Positions 17,743-23,844 of a stretch of DNA of 32,000 nucleotides are shown here, in pieces. The notes below the pieces were generated by a model. It worked only from the letters and a program-made list of their open reading frames with translations, had not been told where the DNA came from and searched no databases. This DNA comes from Desulfotalea psychrophila LSv54 (GTDB lineage: Bacteria > Desulfobacterota > Desulfobulbia > Desulfobulbales > Desulfocapsaceae): assembly GCF_000025945.1 (NCBI RefSeq), contig NC_006139.1, positions 89,588 through 121,587 on the forward strand, read 5' to 3'. The position numbers and the translations under genes are program-made. Positions within the stretch are counted from its first letter, which is position 1. Every line of letters starts with the position of its first letter.

Positions 17743-18947
17743 TTAAAAATTATAATCGAGGCTTATTATGCCAAAGGTGTTTTGGTAAGACATGCCGGTT
17801 GCATTTGAGTCCCGATCTTCATAGCCTATTTCTAGGCTTACTATTAAATTCTGCAGTAGATCATAGCCAACAACAGCAGCTATTTTATAGGTGTTGTCAT
17901 CTCTATCGGTGTTGTTATCACCGTTATATACGTCATAAGCAGAGTTTTGGTAATACCCTTTAAGGGTGCTTGTTAATTTTTCCATGAACCGATAGCCCGC
18001 ATTCATGTTTAAACGAGTTGCCAGGTAATAGGAGTCGCCAGTTCCTGCATCATTGTAGTTCTGGGTCAGAGAGGTCAAAAAATGAAATTTGCGTTTTGTC
18101 GGATCTAAATCTGGTTTTTCCCCCTTCAGCGAAATGGCCCATGAGAAGCTGTCTCTATCCTCAACGGCAGCCTGATCAAAATTTCGTTTATGATAACCAC
18201 CGCCCACGTTAAATTGGAGATAATTGAAGTGGTACTGGTAGTTCAGCCAGACCTCGTTAGAGAGATAGTCACTGCTGTCTTCGCTATCGTAATCTCTGGC
18301 CCAAACGTCGTAGCTAATGAAAATTTTACTGTCACTGTTCAGGTGGTAGTTGAAGTCAAAGGTTCCCTTGTTTTGGATAGAGTCGGTGCCATCATCAGTA
18401 TAATCGGGATAGAGATTGCCATAGCCAGCTATGGCCGAAAATTTTTGGCCAAATTCATAATCCCAAACATCTCAAAATCATTGATCAGAAATTTTTCACG
18501 GTCTGTGGAGTTACTTAATTTATCGGCTTGGGCTGAATCTCGTGTGTAGTGGATTCGGTCGTAACCGTTGATGGCAAATCGATCTGTTACCTGCGAAGAG
18601 AGTGACAGGAAAGCTAGATATCCTAAATAGTTATCGTCACTTGCGCTTTTTACACCCGTTGGCCTACTGTCGAGGTTATCATAGATATACCCCTCTAGAA
18701 CGGCCATTCCTGTGATCTTGGTTTTGCCTGTATCGTAGACTGCCTCAATCCCAGGTCGAATTGTATAGGTCATCGTGCTGATTTCGTTATTTTCCGACAT
18801 CCAGAAGTTCGAGTCATATTGAGTTTCTACTTCAATGCTTGTGGTGATATCTGTTTTGGCAAAAGCAGGAGTTATTAAAAAAGAACTCAAACAGATAAAG
18901 AGACAAGATGACCCGAATGTTTTTGCAGAAACAATCTTTCTTTGCAT
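17743..18947 (-). pseudogene. outer-membrane beta-barrel protein of the EPS export module, split by a single frameshift near 18455-18462
   Basis: The N-terminal part (frame of ORF 18429-19040) has a real start MQRKIVSAKTF.. at 18945-18947, behind AAGAGGA. Its signal peptide is ..LSSFLITPAFA. The rest (frame of ORF 17743-18207) stays open upward to about 18430: ..YEFGQKFSAIAGYGNLYPDYTDDGTDSIQNKGTFDFNYHLNSDSKIFISYDVWARDYDS..NVGGGYHKRNF..ISLDYNF*. The protein shows an alternating beta-strand pattern and a terminal aromatic residue. The frames switch inside ..gggattatgaatttggccaaaaatttt.. . Confidence 0.7.
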
Positions 18948-19014
18948 TGTGTATCCTCTTCCGTGTGTAATCAGGCAAAACAAGTGTAATTGCCACGGAC
19001 TATTAGCCAATTTT

Positions 19015-20004
19015 CTAGATGGAACTTGCATCATTGTCATCTGCTTCAGAACTCTCTAAAACTTCTTCCATCTTCTCCTGCAACTCCGTAATCGCCTCAG
19101 GCATTGGACTTTCGTCTATAACTGGGACGGTGGCCTCTGTGGGTGCAGCGTCAACTACCGGTGTAGCATCAGCTAGGGGCGCAGCATCAGATTGAACCTC
19201 AGCAATATGTTGTGTCGCGGTCTCTACATTTGCCATGGAGACTTGAACTAGGGCCCCTTCTGACTGGTTATAGGCGTCAACAAGATTGTTTTCGACACTA
19301 GCAAGATCGGTATGAGTCTCGGCAGCGACTTCAGTGGAGAGAGCAACAATGGCCTCGGAGACGATCTGTATTTCCAGCGCTACAACTGTTTCAGTGCTCA
19401 GAGGCAGGTGGAGGTCATTTACGATAGCCGCATACATCTGTTCGGAAACTGCCTGTACCGCAGAAACCATTGCTGTATCTTGATCTGCACCAGCCGCAGT
19501 AGCATCGTGGTAGAGAGCGGTTAAACTCTCTTTGTCCGCCACGGGTACGGCCTTGATTGCGACCTCAATTATATGCTGCGTTGCAGTTGCCACATTTCCC
19601 ATGTCGATCTGAACTACGGCACCTTCTGAATGATTATAAGCACTAACGAGAATGTTTTCGACTGCGGTAAGGTCAGTATGGTTCTCAAACGTAACCTCAG
19701 CAGCCATTGTGACAATAGCCTCGGAAACAATCTGCGTTTCTAGCGCTGTAATTGCTTCAGCGCTTAGGGGCGTGAGAGATTTGTTTGCAATGGCCTTGTA
19801 CGTCTGCTCAGAGATTGTTTGTACAGCAGAAAGCATTGCTGCCTCTTGCCCTACGCCGGCAGCAGTAGCATCATGATACACAGCAAGTAATTGTTCTTTA
19901 AGTGCTGGAGGCGGACTCTCTTCGGCTGACATCGCGGTTTCCAGAGGGAGAAGCATCATGCAAATTAAAATTGCTGCTATCTTGAACCAAGTAACATTCT
20001 TCAT
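19015..20004 (-). CDS. secreted acidic Ala/Val/Glu-rich protein with two ~122-aa tandem repeats; no recognisable domain
   Basis: ATG at 20002-20004 behind GGAG. Signal peptide MKNVTWFKIAAILICMMLLPLETAMS. Two repeats follow (LLAVYHDATAAG...TATQHIIEV and LTALYHDATAAG...TATQHIAEV), then a Pro/Ala/Asp linker and an acidic tail ..EVLESSEADDNDASSI. Confidence 0.7.
   Translation of the reverse strand: MKNVTWFKIAAILICMMLLPLETAMSAEESPPPALKEQLLAVYHDATAAGVGQEAAMLSAVQTISEQTYKAIANKSLTPLSAEAITALETQIVSEAIVTMAAEVTFENHTDLTAVENILVSAYNHSEGAVVQIDMGNVATATQHIIEVAIKAVPVADKESLTALYHDATAAGADQDTAMVSAVQAVSEQMYAAIVNDLHLPLSTETVVALEIQIVSEAIVALSTEVAAETHTDLASVENNLVDAYNQSEGALVQVSMANVETATQHIAEVQSDAAPLADATPVVDAAPTEATVPVIDESPMPEAITELQEKMEEVLESSEADDNDASSI
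19192..19890 (-). repeat. intragenic tandem duplication, period 366 bp (2 x ~333 bp aligned)
   Basis: Protein positions offset by 122 aa align without gaps, with roughly 60% identity by eye. DNA copies differ at many synonymous sites, for example TAT CAT GAT GCT ACT GCT GCC GGC versus TAC CAC GAT GCT ACT GCG GCT GGT. Confidence 0.8.
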
Positions 20005-20043
20005 ACACACTCCACATTACGTAAAATAATTACGACGAGTAAA

Positions 20044-20754
20044 TTATTTGCCAATTAAATCAAAACTACTAGCAGCCATCTCTTCAGCAAAAGATGAACC
20101 TAAAATTGAAGCAATGCGCTTATACCCTTTGTGCAAAAGAGGCTTTCTCTGCGTGGCATCATGGGCATCTGACGCGATATAGGAGACACTTTTGCTTGTA
20201 AGGAGATCTAAAACAAAACTTTGTTTCATAAAACTCTCAAAGCGTCCCGGCAGGCTAGAAGCTGTTAACTGAAACTCCACGCCCATTCTTATAAGATTTT
20301 TTACAAAAGTGGGGTTCTGCTCAAGCACCATATTTCTTTCTGGATGAGCAATAATAATATGTAAACCCGAGGAGAGTAGCTGGCATAAAGTATTCCAAAT
20401 CCACTCTTCAACAAATTGTTCCGGGAGTTCAATTAATAAACTTTTGCCTAAACCTCCCAGGGTGAGCAGTTGCTTTTGCGCAAGCAGATCCAGTATCTCT
20501 GGAACCAAACGTATCTCAGCCCCAGGGTATACCCGCAGAGGGATGCCAGCATTAACAAGCTCTAAGCTAAATTGGGCAGAGCACTTTAAAATATCCACCG
20601 CTCTACAGTCATGCACACCATCCAAACAGTGGGGGGTTGCTATCATGTGAGTAATACCATCTCGAACTGCTATACGAGCCATTTTCAAAGCAATTTTGAC
20701 ATCTTGAGGCCCATCATCCAAACATGGCAATATATGAGAGTGTAGATCAAGCAA
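20044..20754 (-). CDS. PHP-domain (CpsB/CapC-type) protein-tyrosine phosphatase
   Basis: The N-terminus (TTG start) LDLHSHILPCLDDGPQD..ITHMIATPH, then ..IIIAHPER.. and ..IASDAHD.., are the metal-binding His/Asp motifs of CpsB-type Mn-dependent phosphatases. Confidence 0.9.
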   Translation of the reverse strand: MLDLHSHILPCLDDGPQDVKIALKMARIAVRDGITHMIATPHCLDGVHDCRAVDILKCSAQFSLELVNAGIPLRVYPGAEIRLVPEILDLLAQKQLLTLGGLGKSLLIELPEQFVEEWIWNTLCQLLSSGLHIIIAHPERNMVLEQNPTFVKNLIRMGVEFQLTASSLPGRFESFMKQSFVLDLLTSKSVSYIASDAHDATQRKPLLHKGYKRIASILGSSFAEEMAASSFDLIGK

Positions 20755-20981
20755 ACGCTACCTCGTTCAAAGTCACAAGTTTACCACACAACAACCTAAC
20801 AGACATGAAAAAATCTATTTTCATGCGTTTTCCTATTAAAAAAGAGCGACATCCCCTAACCAAATGAAGCTTAAGAAAAGTGTTACCATGAACAACAACA
20901 ACAAAACAACACATTTTTTCAAAAAAAATACAGAACAAAAAAAACATAAGACCAACAAATTCAAATAAAAAAAAGATCCCC

Positions 20982-20996
20982 TATCACAAGGTGATA
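20982..20996. promoter_or_regulatory. perfect palindrome TATCAC-aag-GTGATA in the divergent control region
   Basis: Seen directly. A further GTGATA half-site lies at about 21155. Candidate dimeric regulator site; no protein can be assigned. Confidence 0.3.
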
Positions 20997-21110
20997 CCTG
21001 GCTACCAGAACGCCACGAAGAGAATCTCCACATAACTTTTGTAATGCTAACACAATAGCAGTTGGAATCTCTGACCAGCAAAAAAGTTAAAAAAATGTGA
21101 CGAGCGATAA

Positions 21111-21126
21111 GTACAAAATTTTGTAC
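21111..21126. promoter_or_regulatory. perfect 16-bp palindrome GTACAAAATTTTGTAC
   Basis: Seen directly, about 320 bp upstream of the phosphoglycosyl transferase start. Candidate operator. Confidence 0.3.
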
Positions 21127-21442
21127 TCTTTTTTATTTTACTTCTTTTTCCTAACGTGATAGCCACAAGAGAGAGAGGTGTGTTTTAGCTAAAAACGCCC
21201 ACTTAGAGCGCTAAGGAGCAGCATCCGAAGCTAATGATTTAATATTATTAAATATTATCTCACGAGAACACCTGAACGTAGCAATATCAAGTAACGAAAC
21301 ATACAAAAAGGGGAAGAGGGAGGTCAGAACAGGAGCATTTTTTATGAGAGGCATAGGGGCACAGCTACCCCCAAATGCCCCTCCACAAAAAAAGCAACTC
21401 AAGATAAATCGAGACAACTAAACCAAGAGAACCGATAGGAAA

Positions 21443-22885
21443 ATGATTGATCAAAAAAAGAAGTCACTGACAAACATAATGAAATTATTGGATATTGTAA
21501 TAGTTGTCACAAGTTTTATCTCAGCATACTACCTAAAAAAATATGCTCACGCCGATTCGATCCCCCATCTCTCAACCATACCGAATTACTATCTTATATT
21601 AACCTATGCCATTATATCGTGGTATATCGGCTTGAGCCTCACTGGTCTCTATGAGACCCCTCTTGCCAAAGGCAATTGCAGAAAACTTTTCCTGGAAATT
21701 ATTAAAAGTTGCACACTGGCAATTGTCTTACTCAGCTTTGTCTTCTACATTTTCAAAATAACAGATGTAAGTAGAATTTTTATAGCTCTTTTCTTCCTCG
21801 TGGCCACGGTAAGCCTTATCTGCGAAAGACTCTTTTTTTACTTTTTTCGACACTCCACACCACTAAGGAGACATCTCTCCACAAAAATTGTAATTATCGG
21901 TATCCCGGAACAAACGCTATCCATAATTTCAACTATCAAAAAAAATCTTGACAGCTCCCAACAAATCCTCGGATATTTTCAGGTGGAAAAAACAGTTCCA
22001 AATAAAATCAGGGAAAAACATACTATCCTGGGAACCTTGGACGACCTGGATGAGTACCTCCTAAACACCGCGGTTGACGAGCTTTTTTTCGCCCTTCCTC
22101 TGCATAAAGTCCCCAACTGCGAGAAACACATTATTTTTGCCGAGACATTGGGTATAACAGTACGAATAACACCAGACTGGGAACTCCGTTATCTAGCTCA
22201 CACCCCGCAACTACCCCAGCTAGAACTTGGCCTATTCAACAGGCTACCGGTAATAACTTTCCGCAGCAACCCGTTAGGCAAATCTAAATTTCTTATCAAA
22301 ACATTTCTTGATTACAGCTTAGGACTTCTCATTACCCTCGCCCTGCTTCCCCTATTTTTCATGATCGGATTTTGCATCAAGATCTTCTCACGGGGCCCCG
22401 TATTCTACTCCCAAGAGAGAGTTGGACTAAACGGAAGGCTCTTCAACGTTCACAAATTCCGAACCATGGTGCAAAATGCCGACAGTCAACTTGAAAAGCT
22501 CAAAACACTTAATGAGGCTGACGGCCCCGCCTTCAAAATCAAGAAAGATCCTCGGATTGTCCCATACATTGGCTCACTCCTTCGTAAAACTAGCCTCGAT
22601 GAGCTCCCCCAGCTCTTCAATGTCTTGAAAGGCGAAATGAGCCTTGTTGGACCACGCCCACCACTCCCTGCAGAGGTTAGCCAGTACCAACTTTGGCAGC
22701 GAAGACGGCTCTCTATGAAACCGGGAATGACCTGTTCTTGGCAGATTTGTCCCAAACGAAACGACCTCCCCTTCGAGGAATGGATGAAGCTGGACCTGAA
22801 GTATATTGACAACTGGTCACTACTCACCGATATCAACATCCTCCTCTTAACCACAAAAGTGATCATTGCCGGACATGGACGATAA
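21443..22885 (+). CDS. polyprenyl-phosphate hexose-1-phosphate transferase (WbaP/WcaJ/EpsB-type initiating sugar transferase)
   Basis: 480 aa. N-terminal TM bundle, a central domain, and a C-terminal bacterial sugar transferase domain: ..RGPVFYSQERVGLNGRLFNVHKFRTM..AFKIKKDPRI..LRKTSLDELPQLFNVLKGEMSLVGPRP.. . Confidence 0.9.
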   Translation: MIDQKKKSLTNIMKLLDIVIVVTSFISAYYLKKYAHADSIPHLSTIPNYYLILTYAIISWYIGLSLTGLYETPLAKGNCRKLFLEIIKSCTLAIVLLSFVFYIFKITDVSRIFIALFFLVATVSLICERLFFYFFRHSTPLRRHLSTKIVIIGIPEQTLSIISTIKKNLDSSQQILGYFQVEKTVPNKIREKHTILGTLDDLDEYLLNTAVDELFFALPLHKVPNCEKHIIFAETLGITVRITPDWELRYLAHTPQLPQLELGLFNRLPVITFRSNPLGKSKFLIKTFLDYSLGLLITLALLPLFFMIGFCIKIFSRGPVFYSQERVGLNGRLFNVHKFRTMVQNADSQLEKLKTLNEADGPAFKIKKDPRIVPYIGSLLRKTSLDELPQLFNVLKGEMSLVGPRPPLPAEVSQYQLWQRRRLSMKPGMTCSWQICPKRNDLPFEEWMKLDLKYIDNWSLLTDINILLLTTKVIIAGHGR

Positions 22886-23573
22886 ATTTACCTTGCTGCA
22901 GCCCTGTCACCCAGCAGCCAACAATCCATGATCAATTAACCTCCTCAACGTCTCTCTTCAGGGCAACACAACCAATAAACTTACCCACCATCTCTGAGAC
23001 GGAAGTTTTTTTTGCAAACAACAATCTCTGAAAAAGCAACAACACCTTACCTTCGAGGTCATTGACGACAACGCCTACGTATCAGTTGTGTGGGGAGAGG
23101 ATAAGTGTTCTGGTACGCCAATATCTTTGTCTATTACTACATCATGGCTGCAACTCACCTATCTCAATACGTCTGCCGGATCGCTCTGACATGCCAGATC
23201 GGGCAGATATGCTATCACCTGGGTTTTGCCTGCTCTTCATTCTTTTATGTATAACTTTCCCTGTTCTGAATTGATGGATTTACCCGACACCAAAAACCTC
23301 CTTGTTAGAAGTTGCTTTTGGATTGGATTGTACCAAGAATGAACCGAATAAGTTAGTTGTCACACAATAGGGGCTCTCTCTCGATACTGGTAAATTATCA
23401 TGGTAAGCTTGCATGCTTTTGCACGAGTAAAGCTAAACAGAAACTTTCTGCTTTATCCTACACGAGAGCCTTTTCAAGGCACCTCCGCCACTCTTCATAA
23501 ACCGCACAATTTCATTTGCTAGTAACTAGCCGTTTTTTCGTATATATTCTTTATAATTTAAACCAATTCGTCA

Positions 23574-23602
23574 TTGACATCTAAGAAGGGTTGGGATAGC
23601 AT
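23574..23602 (+). promoter_or_regulatory. candidate sigma70 promoter TTGACA-17-TAGCAT
   Basis: Consensus -35 box TTGACA at 23574-23579, a 17-nt spacer, then TAGCAT at 23597-23602. It lies directly upstream of the TGTTTACA box cluster and the small ORF. Confidence 0.5.
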
Positions 23603-23605
23603 CAA

Positions 23606-23670
23606 TGTAAACAAAATGTTTACATGTTTACAGTTGTATACGCCCGAAAACACTGGGGTTGATGTTTACA
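23606..23670 (+). promoter_or_regulatory. operator-like cluster: four copies of the 8-mer TGTTTACA (one inverted)
   Basis: TGTAAACA (23606-23613), aaa, TGTTTACA (23617-23624), TGTTTACA (23625-23632), then TGTTTACA (23663-23670). The first two form a perfect 8-bp inverted repeat with a 3-nt spacer. Confidence 0.55.
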
Positions 23671-23688
23671 CTAAAAAGGAGATTGAAA

Positions 23689-23790
23689 GTGACAACACCA
23701 CTTAGCATGAGAGTTAGCGAAGAAGTGAAAGAATCTTTTGGACTTTTAAAGACGGACTTTGAACCTCAATTGGACGAAAAGGTACTATAA
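23689..23790 (+). pseudogene. small ribbon-helix-helix-like ORF, 3' part replaced by transposon IR sequence
   Basis: AAGGAG (23676-23681), 7 nt, then GTG. Translation is VTTPLSMRVSEEVKESFGLLKTD-FEPQLDEKVL*. The TPLSMRVSEEVKE segment looks like the beta-strand/helix-1 start of CopG/Arc-type RHH proteins. From codon 22 onward the sequence is the Tn3-type IR. Confidence 0.45.
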
Positions 23791-23791
23791 G
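23754..23791 (+). repeat. left 38-bp Tn3-family terminal inverted repeat
   Basis: GGACTTTGAACCTCAATTGGACGAAAAGGTACTATAAG. It shares about two thirds of its positions with the Tn3 IR GGGGTCTGACGCTCAGTGGAACGAAAACTCACGTTAAG, including the GGAACGAAAA-type core and the terminal TAAG. It ends 53 bp from the tnpA stop. Confidence 0.8.
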
Positions 23792-23844
23792 CCCACTACA
23801 TCTTTCCCCAAAGGATTGATGTCGTCCTTTGCCAACTGAAAGTT

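Noticed and set aside
19192-19890. Diversity-generating retroelement (template/variable repeat) as the origin of the two intragenic repeats.
   Set aside because: Differences between the copies involve all four bases and many synonymous sites, not adenine-specific changes. No reverse transcriptase is present in the window.
11785-20754. Labelling the conserved block as a PEP-CTERM/exosortase (EpsH) system.
   Set aside because: The gene set resembles such loci (split PCP/kinase, short OPX, barrel, TPR, ligase-like). However, no exosortase, no PEP-CTERM-tagged protein and no EpsI-type asparagine synthase lies in the window, so the label is unsupported.
20747-21417. Three minus-strand ORFs (20747-20947, 20836-21081, 21211-21417) in the divergent control region.
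   Set aside because: Their translations are poly-Phe/Cys/Leu low-complexity, produced by the A/C-rich plus strand (T/G-rich minus strand). They overlap each other and lack starts with an RBS.
21130-21442. c-di-GMP or other riboswitch in the ~300-nt leader of the phosphoglycosyl transferase gene.
   Set aside because: I could not find the conserved GEMM-type motifs or a convincing terminator/antiterminator pair. The only feature is a weak GGGGCA...TGCCCC stem (~21354-21385) with no U-tract.
23062-23274. 70-aa plus-strand ORF downstream of the sugar transferase, and the 27626-27820 ORF in the transposon.
   Set aside because: Neither has an RBS or recognisable motifs, and the translations are Cys/Leu/Ser-rich. 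Both are treated as non-coding spacers. 23171-23206 does contain an imperfect 10-bp inverted repeat of unknown meaning.
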